64,000 nucleotides of DNA from a virus (Duplodnaviria; Caudoviricetes), in IMG/VR virus record IMGVR_UViG_3300021197_001468, positions 676 through 64,675 of that record. One strand, given 5' to 3'. Position 1 is the first letter of the stretch. Each line of letters begins with the position of its first letter. The notes beneath the pieces were generated by a model. That model saw nothing but the letters and a program-made list of their open reading frames with translations, had not been told where the DNA came from and did no database searches. This document shows positions 9,064 through 18,890 of this stretch, one piece after another. The position numbers were made by a program, and so were the translations under genes.

Positions 9064-11315
9064 CAGACGTCCGAGCGCCGCGGCACGCGGCTGTTGGGGT
9101 TGCCCATTGTGGCCACGCTGAAGTCGAAGCCCACCGCCGCCAGGTGCAGGGCCTGGTCTCCTGTGGTCTCAATCTCAAAGGCCCACATGCGCGCATCGCG
9201 CAGCTGCATCGGGACCTGCCGCCAGAACAGTCGGGGGTCACGCGTACGAGACGACCCGATAACTGCGCTACCAGCTACGTCCGCCACGATTCCCTGGCCG
9301 TCATCCGTACCCACTGCTTTGAGGTCTGCCATCGAGATGACCTCGGCCCAAGAGCCGTTGCGGTAGAACTTGACCGTGACGTCTCCGTCGAAGCTGTCAA
9401 GCATCCCCACATACATGGTGCGGAGCTGCATCGGGGTGAGCCCCGCCTTCTCCGCTCGAATCCAGTTGCTGCGGTAGCGGACTACGCGGTCAGGTGGCGT
9501 GTAGTCGACGGTCTCGCGGTCGAGAACGTACACGTCGTTCGTCTGCGCATGCGGCTGGATGGACGAAGAGCGCTTCGTGATTCCAGGGAGCTCCTTCGCC
9601 GCAATCAGAGAGTACTTCCGCCAGTCTCTCGTCGTACAGATGTCGCGAACCGCGAGACCCAGACGCTTGCGACGCCAGCCTCCCTGCCCGAAGCAGAGCA
9701 TCAAGTTGTTCTCGTTGCTCCCCGCCTCAGCCACCGCGCACTGATACTCACGAGCCTCGTAGTTATACGCGGCAACCGCACGCCTCATCCGACCCTTCGA
9801 GAGGTAGTGATGCGTCGTACGGTCTACGGGCTCGCTGAGGCGCTCCACAGCGCCCCCAGGAGCGAGGCCATAGAAGCCGTCGCGGCCGAGCCACACGAGC
9901 AGCCCAGTGGGCAGCGCGACGATGCTGCGGGGAGCGACGCAGCCGATACCCTGGGACAACGGCTGGGGAGCACCGAACTCCTGCAAGCTGTAGACAGTGT
10001 CCTCGGTGAACGCGAGGAGCAGACCGTTGTGGCTTGTGACAGCGGTGACCTCTGCCGCGCCTGCATCAGGGAACGTGAACTCGCTACGGAGGAAGGTGCC
10101 GGGAAAACCAGGCTCAGACCGCCGAACGATTCCAGGCTCTCCGATCGTGTTGCCCACAACCAGCCGCCCTTGATGGGTACACATCACCCGGAAGATGGGG
10201 ACCGGGATGGTCTCCTCCGCGGGCAACCCGAGGTACTCATCAGGGACATTGTCCGGGTAGATGCTGACCCGGGCCCCAGGGACGCGCGCGAGGAGCTTCG
10301 GCTCAGCGCCGACATTCTTGGTGTCTGATGTGCGGTACAGACGCACAGCCGCGGTGTTGGGGGGCATCTCCCCACCCACCGAGACGCAGAACTGCTTCAG
10401 CAGATCGTCAATCTCGGTGTTGTCTGTATCGGGGGCGTTCGCAAAAGTGTCATCTGCGGGATCGCTCGCCCGGATGACCCGGTTAAACCAGCTCACTTTG
10501 GACTGGATGCGGATCGCCGGAGGACCGCTGTTCGCCGTAGCCAAGCGCGCCGGGTTGCTCGCCGTCGACAGCGGGCCCAGGTTCCCGAAGAAGTCTTCCA
10601 GCTGAGCGTGGTAGAACCACGTCCCCGCCTGGACACACCCCGTCGTCCCGTCCAGTACATCTGCGATTGTGCCGATCTTACCAGGCCAGCTGTAGCCCCG
10701 GTAGTTGGGCTCCTGCTGGTACCGCGCGAGGCTGGCGTCGCCGTTGAAGCCCTCCGACAGCACACCGGCGGCGAGGACCTTCCCCGCCGCTACGGTGGGC
10801 ACCGGGACAGGGCTGCGCGCCGTGGGTGTCGGCGCGTAGGTGTTGAACCCCAACGGGAAGGACATACCGTCGTACGTGATGATCCGGGCGTTGTCGACCC
10901 CGTTGGTCCAGATGACCCGGTCGTTCAAGACCACGTACTGGTCGGGATAAGCAGGTCGCAGTTCGTCCGACAGAGGCACAGGGGTGCCCTCGATCGAGGT
11001 CAGCCCCGCGTACGTCTGCTGCCACCCGTTGTGCCAGTAGATCCGGTCGCCCCAGCGCACGAGTAGCAGGTCTACCAGACCCCCACTGAGCGTAGTGTGA
11101 AACACAGAGTGGATGTTCTGGCTGCGGTAAGCAGGAGGCGCAGCTCCATCGACCGGCTCGTAGATCGTAGGTCCGGTCACCGAGATCAGGGTCTCGTCTG
11201 ACGTGAACTCCATGTTCTCGATCTCACGCGCAAAAACCCCGACCGGGTACTGAGCCTGAGACTCACCCGGCGGGATCGCGAACGTGTACTTGTTCTGCGC
11301 AGCTGGACCCGACAT
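9063..11315 (-). CDS. tail nozzle / stabilisation protein (tubular B / P22 gp10-like)
   Basis: 750 aa with beta-propeller-like stretches (GIGCVAPRSIV, LVWLGRDGFY); follows the adaptor gene. Confidence 0.65.
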   Translation of the reverse strand: MSGPAAQNKYTFAIPPGESQAQYPVGVFAREIENMEFTSDETLISVTGPTIYEPVDGAAPPAYRSQNIHSVFHTTLSGGLVDLLLVRWGDRIYWHNGWQQTYAGLTSIEGTPVPLSDELRPAYPDQYVVLNDRVIWTNGVDNARIITYDGMSFPLGFNTYAPTPTARSPVPVPTVAAGKVLAAGVLSEGFNGDASLARYQQEPNYRGYSWPGKIGTIADVLDGTTGCVQAGTWFYHAQLEDFFGNLGPLSTASNPARLATANSGPPAIRIQSKVSWFNRVIRASDPADDTFANAPDTDNTEIDDLLKQFCVSVGGEMPPNTAAVRLYRTSDTKNVGAEPKLLARVPGARVSIYPDNVPDEYLGLPAEETIPVPIFRVMCTHQGRLVVGNTIGEPGIVRRSEPGFPGTFLRSEFTFPDAGAAEVTAVTSHNGLLLAFTEDTVYSLQEFGAPQPLSQGIGCVAPRSIVALPTGLLVWLGRDGFYGLAPGGAVERLSEPVDRTTHHYLSKGRMRRAVAAYNYEAREYQCAVAEAGSNENNLMLCFGQGGWRRKRLGLAVRDICTTRDWRKYSLIAAKELPGITKRSSSIQPHAQTNDVYVLDRETVDYTPPDRVVRYRSNWIRAEKAGLTPMQLRTMYVGMLDSFDGDVTVKFYRNGSWAEVISMADLKAVGTDDGQGIVADVAGSAVIGSSRTRDPRLFWRQVPMQLRDARMWAFEIETTGDQALHLAAVGFDFSVATMGNPNSRVPRRSDV

Positions 11316-11337
11316 GTGCTACCTCAGCGGCAGCGTA

Positions 11338-11802
11338 TCACGCCGTAGCGGGGTTCTCACTCAGCATCGGGCGGTCCTGCCACTTCTGCGCGATGATCTG
11401 CGCGCCACCGGGCATGCTCTTGAGCTGAGGGCACGCCGTGTACACCCGCTTGCGCCACTTCATGTAGTGCTCGCCCGGAGCAGGAACCGGCATGTCGATG
11501 CGCTCCTTGGGCACACCGGGCGGCTTCCAGGTCTTGGCGAGCTCGTCGTAGCCCCAGTCGTGGGGGACCCAGTCGAAGCGGCCCCGAAACTCGCGGTCGC
11601 TGCCCACGAACTCAAACCCGTTGGCCGTGGTGAGGGTCGCCTTCCAGATGTCGGGCTCCTCTTCGGGGCCGATGATCGCGTTGATCTGGGCCTCTTCGTA
11701 CTGACCGTTGAGATTGAAACGGTGCATCTTGTCGCCCAGCTCAGGCCGGACAAAAGCGTAGTAGTTCTCGGACAAGTGTCCTCCAGGTTGCCAGCTTAGC
11801 AT
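11338..11802 (-). CDS. hypothetical protein
   Basis: ORF between adaptor and nozzle; the true start may be the TTG after GGAGG. Confidence 0.65.
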   Translation of the reverse strand: MLSWQPGGHLSENYYAFVRPELGDKMHRFNLNGQYEEAQINAIIGPEEEPDIWKATLTTANGFEFVGSDREFRGRFDWVPHDWGYDELAKTWKPPGVPKERIDMPVPAPGEHYMKWRKRVYTACPQLKSMPGGAQIIAQKWQDRPMLSENPATA

Positions 11803-11814
11803 ACCACCAGGGCG

Positions 11815-13347
11815 TCATCCCGTCGAGGTGAAGGTGCCGTACCTGCGCCGAAGACTGTAGCCTGTGAGAGGAACCGGCTCGACAACTCTACCCGGATTGG
11901 CATAGCGAGCACGGAATCTGCGAGCCAGCGCCTGGTAGCGGTCAAGGTGGATCTGCGCGCCGTTCTGGTCAGCCCCATCGGTCAGCGCGATGTAGTGCAG
12001 CGCCAGCTCCACCAGGGCGGGCACAGCGTCACGCTGGATGGGTGCCGTGTCGGTATCCGCCTTGAACTTTCGGGGAAGACGCAGGACGCGAAAATCGAGT
12101 TCGTAACGTGCATCTTGCTGCGGATAGACTTGATAAGCGTAGTATCCCGTGCTATGCTTCAGTGGACGGAAGTAGTCTGGTGTGACACTGCCATCCCAGA
12201 TGAACGTCGCAGGTCCGACCGTGTTGAGCGTCGAGGGCTCCACCTCTGCGAGCAGATAGAACACGCCGGCCGCCTCCACCCGATCGAACGCCGATGACCC
12301 CGCTCCTGCGGTGTACACGGAGTCGCGCGCGATGTAGAACCGGATGCGGTATCCGCTGCGGCCCTTTCGGATCGTAGAGGCGACATCGAAGTCGGTCATG
12401 GCGTCGATGTTCGTGGCGACCATCTGCAGCGCGCCCGAGGTTCCTCCAAGAGCCGCCATGTCGAACGCTTCGCTGACGGGGCTGGGGGCTGACTCGAACT
12501 GCGGGTCGCGTACGTCTCGTGGGCTGTCCTGCCACTCCTCGTCCTTGCGCCCCTTGACGTAGGTGTAGCAGATGCGGAACTTGCCCTGGCGCTCAGGTCC
12601 GACCCACGGAGTTCCTGCGCCTCCGATGTTCTCCCCCGGCAACGCCGTCATCTCCGGCTTGCGTCTCGGAGCTGGGAGCTGGAAGTGGCGGTTCCGCCAC
12701 ATACGGAAGGGGCGGCCCTTGACCTCACCGTTCCAGTCGACCATGTCCTGGCGGTACGCCCCACCAGTGTCAATCGCCCAGATCTGCTGGCGGGTCTCGT
12801 CGTAGATGCGGGCAGGCTCGAGCACTTCCATCACGTCTTCCGCGAAGAAGAACTCCTTCATGTGGATTCTGAAGTCCACCGCGTTGGCCGGGCTCATCAC
12901 CGAAGGCCACGGTCGGTCGATGCTGACGTAGTACGCTCGTCCGCCGCCAGGTCCTGCGCCATCAACAGCCCACCATTCGAGCGACTGCCGCCGGTGCTTC
13001 TGGCCTGCCGAGTCAGTGAACTCGAGGTGCATGATGGAGTCCCAGCGCCCGTCAAGCGGAGGAACCCACGTCCCGAGTGCTCCGCCCGCCGAGGTCACAA
13101 ACTCCATGACCCGGGTGTCCGTAGTGACGCGAATGCGTGCGTCCACGGATGCGTCGCTGCCCACCACGTCAGGCTCGAGGACGACATGCTCTTCGTCGGG
13201 GACCAGCGCCTCGGGGACGTCGCCCGCGATGCGGTCCAGCGCCAGGTTGAACGCCTGCATGATGCGGTTGTTGAAGGACTCACCGGGACTGTCTGTCGCT
13301 CGGAAGTCCAGTGCGCGGTCACGGAGATCCGCAAGACTGACGTTCAT
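11815..13347 (-). CDS. head-tail adaptor (tubular A-like) with insertion
   Basis: N-terminus SLADLRDRA..AFNLALDRI and C-terminal helices (ALVELALHY) typical of adaptors. Confidence 0.55.
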   Translation of the reverse strand: MNVSLADLRDRALDFRATDSPGESFNNRIMQAFNLALDRIAGDVPEALVPDEEHVVLEPDVVGSDASVDARIRVTTDTRVMEFVTSAGGALGTWVPPLDGRWDSIMHLEFTDSAGQKHRRQSLEWWAVDGAGPGGGRAYYVSIDRPWPSVMSPANAVDFRIHMKEFFFAEDVMEVLEPARIYDETRQQIWAIDTGGAYRQDMVDWNGEVKGRPFRMWRNRHFQLPAPRRKPEMTALPGENIGGAGTPWVGPERQGKFRICYTYVKGRKDEEWQDSPRDVRDPQFESAPSPVSEAFDMAALGGTSGALQMVATNIDAMTDFDVASTIRKGRSGYRIRFYIARDSVYTAGAGSSAFDRVEAAGVFYLLAEVEPSTLNTVGPATFIWDGSVTPDYFRPLKHSTGYYAYQVYPQQDARYELDFRVLRLPRKFKADTDTAPIQRDAVPALVELALHYIALTDGADQNGAQIHLDRYQALARRFRARYANPGRVVEPVPLTGYSLRRRYGTFTSTG

Positions 13348-13363
13348 AGTGGCTCCAACGCGA

Positions 13364-13395
13364 AGAGGCCCGAGGGTCGGAACCCCCGGGCCTCT
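13364..13395 (-). terminator. hairpin downstream of the capsid decoration gene
   Basis: AGAGGCCCG..CGGGCCTCT inverted repeat. Confidence 0.55.
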
Positions 13396-13412
13396 AAGAT
13401 ATCACGGGACGA

Positions 13413-14009
13413 TCAGAGCAGGTCGATGATGGCCTGAGCGCGATCGGCACCGTAGCGCGACCCAGCCGCGTCCGCGTCGAGGGCGACACCCACGATGCTC
13501 GTGGTCGGGCTCAGAGTTCCTCCACCGCCCGCGTTGTAGTTGATGACGTACGTGTCCAGCTGACCCGCGTCGGTGTTGCCGTCCGAGGCGAGGGTTTCTC
13601 CCGCGGCGACGCCGTTTTCGGTGTGCGCCACGACAGTGCCCTTGGCACAGATCCAGCCGTACTTACCCGACGCGATAGCGAACTGAGCGACTCCGCGAAG
13701 CAGGAACGTGAAGGTCTCGCTACCCGCGTCCTGGGCCACCTCGTAGGGGGTGGTCGCCGCGTTGATCTTGCACAGATCACCCGCGTCGATGGCGGCAGCC
13801 GCCTTCACGAAGATCCAGGTGCGGTCACCCTGCTGCAGGTTGGCCGCCGCGGGCGTGGCCACGGTGAAGGCCGCGGTACCGTCCGCCTTGAGGAGGTCGA
13901 CACCAGCGACCTCGCTGGCGAGCTGCACGTAGGTGGTTCCGAGGGGGTAGACCTCGCTGTCGTAGGTCGTTCCGAGGTCGTCGGTCTTGACGCGATTGCC
14001 GAGAGGCAT
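13413..14009 (-). CDS. capsid decoration/cement protein
   Basis: directly downstream of the MCP; pattern WIFVKAAAAI..GKYGWI..KG. Confidence 0.6.
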   Translation of the reverse strand: MPLGNRVKTDDLGTTYDSEVYPLGTTYVQLASEVAGVDLLKADGTAAFTVATPAAANLQQGDRTWIFVKAAAAIDAGDLCKINAATTPYEVAQDAGSETFTFLLRGVAQFAIASGKYGWICAKGTVVAHTENGVAAGETLASDGNTDAGQLDTYVINYNAGGGGTLSPTTSIVGVALDADAAGSRYGADRAQAIIDLL

Positions 14010-14049
14010 GATGTTCTCCAGAAATGTCGAAGTTGGGGAATAGCGTGGA

Positions 14050-14074
14050 GGCTGACCCGGTCTCCCGGGTCAGC
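14050..14074 (-). terminator. hairpin downstream of MCP
   Basis: GGCTGACCCGG-TCTC-CCGGGTCAGCC. Confidence 0.55.
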
Positions 14075-14083
14075 CACTTGGGC

Positions 14084-15154
14084 TCAGCTCGGGTTGGCCG
14101 AGCCGCCGCCGACGACACCGTGGGCGGGGAGCTTGGTGGAGATGAGGTTGGCCTGCATCGAGAAGACGGCGGTGACCACGTCCTGGTCGCCGACGCGCTC
14201 CTTGAACTCAGACATCTGCGGAGCCTCGTGGACGGGCATCTCCAGGTAGTCGGAGTTCAGGATGTAGGTGACGCCGTTGCTGGCGTTGCCCGTCGCGCTG
14301 AAGTCGTTCCGGTCGAGGTCGATGGACGAGTACACCTTGGCCAGACCGAGGCTGAGCTCGATGGTGTTGGTCTTCTGGTCGACGCCGTCCTGGATGGTGC
14401 TGACGTTGACGCGGAAGTTGTTGGCCTGGTTCTCCTCGAACTGGGTGTAGACGTCCTGGTCCATGTAGACCAGGTCCGGGCCCTTGCCCATGCCGCCAGC
14501 GTAGTGGGCGCACTCGCGGTAGGTCTTCCGCAGGACGGAGATGTCGAACGGCGCGCCGCCCATGTTGCCGAACTGGTTGAAGTGGAAGTAGCTCGAGGAC
14601 TTGGCGACACCCTGAACCACGTCGTTCTGCGTGGCGGGGGTGGCGAAGTCGAGGAGACCGTTGGTGACGCCGGTACCGATACCGGTGCTGACCTCGCCGT
14701 TGAGGGTCAGGAACCCGCGGAGCTCGGAGGTCTGGAAGACGATGCCGCGCGAGACACCGGTCAGGAAGTACTTGTTGAGGTCAGCCTTCACACCGTCCAT
14801 GACGGTCTTCGGGTACTCCTCGATGAGACGCATGATCGCCAGCTTGCCGCTGTTGAACATGAGCTCCTTCTTGGGGATGTTGACAGCGACCACGATCCGG
14901 TGGGGCTCCACCTGGAACTTCTTGATCTGCTGACGCCGCGTCATGTTGAGCAGCTCGTCGCCGACGTAGATGCCGACGCCGCGTGCGGGCGCGCCACCCG
15001 TGAAGGAGCGCTCGATCAGCGAGCCGCCCTCCATCGGCATGCGGGCCTTCTTGTCGAGGCACTCGAACAGCTCATTGGAGCGCACGAAGGAGTTGACGAG
15101 CGGACCGCGCAGGTCGGCAAACGTCGTGTTCAGAACTTCGGTAGAGATAGGCAT
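14084..15154 (-). CDS. major capsid protein (HK97 fold)
   Basis: 356 aa, strongly biased codons, own promoter, motifs typical of podovirus MCPs. Confidence 0.75.
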   Translation of the reverse strand: MPISTEVLNTTFADLRGPLVNSFVRSNELFECLDKKARMPMEGGSLIERSFTGGAPARGVGIYVGDELLNMTRRQQIKKFQVEPHRIVVAVNIPKKELMFNSGKLAIMRLIEEYPKTVMDGVKADLNKYFLTGVSRGIVFQTSELRGFLTLNGEVSTGIGTGVTNGLLDFATPATQNDVVQGVAKSSSYFHFNQFGNMGGAPFDISVLRKTYRECAHYAGGMGKGPDLVYMDQDVYTQFEENQANNFRVNVSTIQDGVDQKTNTIELSLGLAKVYSSIDLDRNDFSATGNASNGVTYILNSDYLEMPVHEAPQMSEFKERVGDQDVVTAVFSMQANLISTKLPAHGVVGGGSANPS

Positions 15155-15294
15155 TTCGGGACCTCACGGTCGGGCAGCACAACAGGCTCACCGACCACAG
15201 CGTGGGGGGTTTAGAGCTTCACAAGTTGTCGTGCCTGCCCGCGTGCGGCTTATTCCGGACTCTTTCGAGCTACCCTACCTGCAGGTGCCCTCTG

Positions 15295-15323
15295 GTTATA
15301 CCGAGCGAGATCCGGCGAGTCAA
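15295..15323 (-). promoter_or_regulatory. sigma70-type promoter for MCP
   Basis: TTGACT-17-TATAAC on the minus strand. Confidence 0.75.
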
Positions 15324-15335
15324 GGTTTTTTGGGT

Positions 15336-15563
15336 TTACGCGCCAGGGACCGGGTCGACTTTTGGCTTTTTCGGTTCACCCACACCGTACGTCGGGTTGC
15401 CCCCGATGCGGATATCGTTCGCATCGAAGTGCTTGACGCTGCCGCAGTCGAACAGCTGGACCACCCAACAGGTGTTCCAGTCGGGTCCGTAGTCGATCAG
15501 GAAGTGCGCCCACCCTCGCCCCAGGGGAGTCGTGACACTCATGGGTGGGGTAATGCGGATCAC
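15336..15563 (-). CDS. hypothetical protein
   Basis: 75 aa, coupled ORF. Confidence 0.6.
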   Translation of the reverse strand: MIRITPPMSVTTPLGRGWAHFLIDYGPDWNTCWVVQLFDCGSVKHFDANDIRIGGNPTYGVGEPKKPKVDPVPGA

Positions 15564-15805
15564 TCGCCCGACGCCGCCGGAGGCGCGTATGCTGCCTGAT
15601 GGAGCTTGTCCAAGGTCTTCTCGAGCTTCCTTGACTGGATCTTGTCCTTAACGCCCATGAGGACATCCGCGCTGAGTTCTCCCGCGGAGATGCCTCCAGA
15701 TGCGGGCGCAGGCGCAGGTGCGGATGCGGGCGCGGGGGTAGGCTTCGCGTCCCGCGCGAGCATGCCAGCGCGCCCCAAATGGTACTGTGAGAGGACACTG
15801 CTCAT
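15560..15805 (-). CDS. hypothetical Pro/Ala-rich protein
   Basis: 81 aa, ATGA overlap. Confidence 0.6.
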   Translation of the reverse strand: MSSVLSQYHLGRAGMLARDAKPTPAPASAPAPAPASGGISAGELSADVLMGVKDKIQSRKLEKTLDKLHQAAYAPPAASGE

Positions 15806-16050
15806 GATTTACCTCGGTAGGGCGCTGTCTTCTTCGCGATCTTCTTGGGCTGCTCGCTGTGCTGCTTGCCCTTTTTGGTGTCTTCCCGCTTCTTGCGGGA
15901 AGTAGCCGCGTACTCGTCAGAGCTTAGTGCGTCCCGCGCTTTTTTGGGGAGGTAGCGCTCCCCCGTCTTGGACGACTTCTTACCGGACTTGGTGCCCCAG
16001 TCTTGCTTGGTCCACTTGACCATCGACCGCTGCTTCTTTGTAAGTGGCAT
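15802..16050 (-). CDS. small basic phage protein (DUF5872-like C-terminal half)
   Basis: KWTKQDWGTKSGK..TGERYLPKKA. Confidence 0.65.
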   Translation of the reverse strand: MPLTKKQRSMVKWTKQDWGTKSGKKSSKTGERYLPKKARDALSSDEYAATSRKKREDTKKGKQHSEQPKKIAKKTAPYRGKS

Positions 16051-16223
16051 CAGGACTTGTACCCCCCGCCCTTCTCCTTGTACTCCTTCGCCAGGAGCTG
16101 AGACTTACGCGCAGACCACTGCCCGGACTTGGTTCCGTGCGTGTTGCGGGCCATGATCAAGTCCTTCAGACGCTTGCGGAGCCCCGGCTTGGTGTACGGC
16201 TGCGGCTCTTTCTTCTCAGCCAC
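16050..16223 (-). CDS. small basic phage protein (DUF5872-like N-terminal half)
   Basis: GGAGG+GTG; YTKPGLRKRLK..GQWSARKSQLLAKEYKEKGGGY; not in the ORF track. Confidence 0.65.
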   Translation of the reverse strand: MAEKKEPQPYTKPGLRKRLKDLIMARNTHGTKSGQWSARKSQLLAKEYKEKGGGYKS

Positions 16224-16225
16224 AG

Positions 16226-16645
16226 CTACCTCCGGCTCTTGGCAACAGACTTGAGCATCTTACGACGCGCGGGCTTCTTGTCCGCAGCTTCCATCTGACG
16301 AACGATCTTGTTGGCCTGGGACCGGCCAGCGTCTCCGCCCCACAGCTGGGACGCGACATAGCCCTTGTCCTCGTGAGCCGCCTTCCCCGAGTCCAGCCCG
16401 CGGTTCTTGTCATGACGCGAGTGGTACGCCTTGACGCGCTTCCACGTCTCAGGGCTCAGCGTCTTGCGGTTGGCCATGTTCGACGCGCGCTGGACACCAG
16501 ACCCGATGCCCTCCTTCTTCGCCTGCTTCGCGTCAAGACCAGCCTTACCGCTCTTGGGCTGCTTCTTGCGCAGCTCGAGGCCGCGGCGCGCAGCCTTGGC
16601 GGTGGACTCAGACGGCTTCATGTCGATGTGGTCGTACTTGCCCAT
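16226..16645 (-). CDS. basic phage protein (WGGDAG family)
   Basis: AARRGLELRK..KRVKAYHSRH..LWGGDAG. Confidence 0.7.
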   Translation of the reverse strand: MGKYDHIDMKPSESTAKAARRGLELRKKQPKSGKAGLDAKQAKKEGIGSGVQRASNMANRKTLSPETWKRVKAYHSRHDKNRGLDSGKAAHEDKGYVASQLWGGDAGRSQANKIVRQMEAADKKPARRKMLKSVAKSRR

Positions 16646-16740
16646 TACTTCTTCCGTTTCTTGGACTTGACGACCGCCTTGAGCATCTTGCGCCGACCGG
16701 TACCGCCGCTTGGACGGAGAGCGTTTACGTCCGAGTACAT
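16645..16740 (-). CDS. 31 aa Lys/Arg-rich peptide
   Basis: MYSDVNALRPSGGTGRRKMLKAVVKSKKRKK; start and stop overlap the neighbours on both sides. Confidence 0.55.
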   Translation of the reverse strand: MYSDVNALRPSGGTGRRKMLKAVVKSKKRKK

Positions 16741-16961
16741 CACTTCTTCCGCATCTTACCGAGAGTCTCGGCAAGGTTGATGCGCTGAAGCATCGTGCGC
16801 TGCGCAGGAGTGAGCTTCTTGTCACCCTCCGCCTTCTTCTCGAGCTCAGCCTTCTTGGCGCTCATCTTCTGCTTGTCGATGGGCTCGCCCTTTTTGGCAC
16901 CCATGGACTTGCGCAAAGCGCCCGGCTTCTTGATTGCGTCTTTGATGAACTTATCGGCCAT
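16740..16961 (-). CDS. small basic protein
   Basis: MADKFIKDAIKKPGALRKSMG... Confidence 0.7.
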   Translation of the reverse strand: MADKFIKDAIKKPGALRKSMGAKKGEPIDKQKMSAKKAELEKKAEGDKKLTPAQRTMLQRINLAETLGKMRKK

Positions 16962-17006
16962 GACGCCCCTCTTGTGGCTTGACTCCGCGAGTGATACCGT
17001 GATAGC

Positions 17007-18659
17007 ATGGTAGCACGAAACGAATCCAAGCGCAGGCCCAGCCTGTTGCCTGGCGGCGCAGAGATCCATGAGGCTCCTGGTCTGAACATGACCAAGGTCC
17101 ACGCGATGTTCGCCACGCCAGACGCCTTCGTGTCGATGTGTCAGATCGTTCGTGAGAACGAGTCAAGCGGCTATCTGACGCCGACACCAACCCAGCAGAA
17201 GCTGTTGAAGGCGTACGCCACCAACCGGTGGATGCTCGTAAACAAGTTCAGGCAGGCGAAGATCACCACCATCTCGGTGATGTTGTTGCTGCGCGACTGC
17301 ATGTATCTGTCGGGTGTGAAGGGGCTGCTCATCGCTGAGCGACACGACACCGCAGAGGACATCTTCGAGCGCATCCTGTACGCGTACAACCGCCTGCCCG
17401 ACGACGTGAAGATGCCGCTGGCCAAGGGGCGCAAGGCGGGCACGACGCAGATTCACTTCTGCCACGGTGGTAGCATCAAGATTCTGACCGCGGGCGGACG
17501 CTCCCCCGCCATCGGTCGGTCGGTCGACCGCCTCATCATCACCGAGTTCGGTGAAGCGCAGTGGCAGAAGAAGGCGGCCATCAACATCTTCCCGACGCTG
17601 AACAAGCGGCCCAACGCGCGGGTGATTCTGGAGAGCACGCCGGGGCGAGCGGGGTCTCACCACGAGACCATGTGGCGTGCGTCTCTCGAAGGGCGTGGTC
17701 GCTTCAGGCCACTGTTCCTCGAATGGTGGCACGACGACTCCTGTCGGGTGGACGCCACTGGGTTTGAGCCCACGAACACCGAGCGTGAGTACCTGGCGCA
17801 GCACCCCGGCATGTCGATGGAGCACCTGGCCTTCCGCCGGATGGGCCTCGAGACGGAGATGGGCGGGGACCCTCGGTTGTTTTCCTCCAAGTATCCGTCG
17901 AACCCGTACGACGGTTGGATCGGAAGCCTGGCCCCGGTGATGCCCACTGAGATCTTGCAGCCCATGCTGGACAAGGCGGTGAACGATCCTGAGATCGGTC
18001 CCTTCGGGGCCCGGGAGATCTCACCCCCACGCCAGGACGGTTCCTACCTGATCACGGCTGACCCCGCTGGGTTCGGCGCTTCTGGGGATAAGAGTGCTCT
18101 GACTGTCTTCGACGCTATCAACCGATGCGAGGTGGCGTTCTGGGAAGACAGAGAGACTCCAGACAGATTCGCGCGCCGCCTGATGAAAGTCCAGGAGAGG
18201 TACAACGGAGCCATGCTGGTGGTTGAGTCGAATGCGACAGCCGCCATCACCCTGCTGAAAGACTCAGGAGTCAAGCGGCTGCTCTGGACTGACCGCAATC
18301 ACCCCGGCTGGTACGCCACGGCCAAGCGCATCCAGGAGGCCGAAGCCAAGCTGGTCAAGATGCTGCGCGAGGACGACCTCTTGCTGAGAAGCCGCGGTCT
18401 CCTGCACCAGCTCTTGAACTACGACGGGTCCCGCAAGAAGCGCGTGAAGGGCCTCGACGGAACCACGCACCACTTCGACCGCGCAAGAACCGCTGTCATG
18501 GCGGCCGACGTATTGAGCAGAAGGAACTTCACCGCTACACAGTTGCGGGAAGAGCCTCGCAATCGTCCGGTCGGGCAGGTTACCATTGGCGACCTCGACC
18601 TGTTCCGCAAGGGAAAGAAGCGGGGATTCGCCAAGCCCCTTCCCCGTGACTGGATGTAG
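17007..18659 (+). CDS. terL: terminase large subunit
   Basis: KFRQ..ITT Walker A region, LIITE Walker B, ESTP coupling motif, ADPAG RNase H Asp, VVESN, HFD. Confidence 0.9.
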   Translation: MVARNESKRRPSLLPGGAEIHEAPGLNMTKVHAMFATPDAFVSMCQIVRENESSGYLTPTPTQQKLLKAYATNRWMLVNKFRQAKITTISVMLLLRDCMYLSGVKGLLIAERHDTAEDIFERILYAYNRLPDDVKMPLAKGRKAGTTQIHFCHGGSIKILTAGGRSPAIGRSVDRLIITEFGEAQWQKKAAINIFPTLNKRPNARVILESTPGRAGSHHETMWRASLEGRGRFRPLFLEWWHDDSCRVDATGFEPTNTEREYLAQHPGMSMEHLAFRRMGLETEMGGDPRLFSSKYPSNPYDGWIGSLAPVMPTEILQPMLDKAVNDPEIGPFGAREISPPRQDGSYLITADPAGFGASGDKSALTVFDAINRCEVAFWEDRETPDRFARRLMKVQERYNGAMLVVESNATAAITLLKDSGVKRLLWTDRNHPGWYATAKRIQEAEAKLVKMLREDDLLLRSRGLLHQLLNYDGSRKKRVKGLDGTTHHFDRARTAVMAADVLSRRNFTATQLREEPRNRPVGQVTIGDLDLFRKGKKRGFAKPLPRDWM

Positions 18660-18661
18660 CC

Positions 18662-18889
18662 ATGCCCAAGACCGCTCAGCAGAAAGCCGAAGAAGCCGCC
18701 AAGGCCAAGGCCAAGCGCATCGCCGATGCCAAGGCTGCCGGCAAGAAGACCAGCGCAGAGCAGATGGCGGAGGGCGAGAAGAAGCTCTCCGAGAAGAAGC
18801 GCCCGGCTCCCATGGACATCGACGCCATGATGAAGCAGATGAAGGATTCCGCTCGCAAAGAAGACGCGGAAGCCGCGAAGGACGACTGA
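18662..18889 (+). CDS. small Lys/Ala-rich protein
   Basis: 75 aa ORF. Confidence 0.65.
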   Translation: MPKTAQQKAEEAAKAKAKRIADAKAAGKKTSAEQMAEGEKKLSEKKRPAPMDIDAMMKQMKDSARKEDAEAAKDD

Positions 18890-18890
18890 C

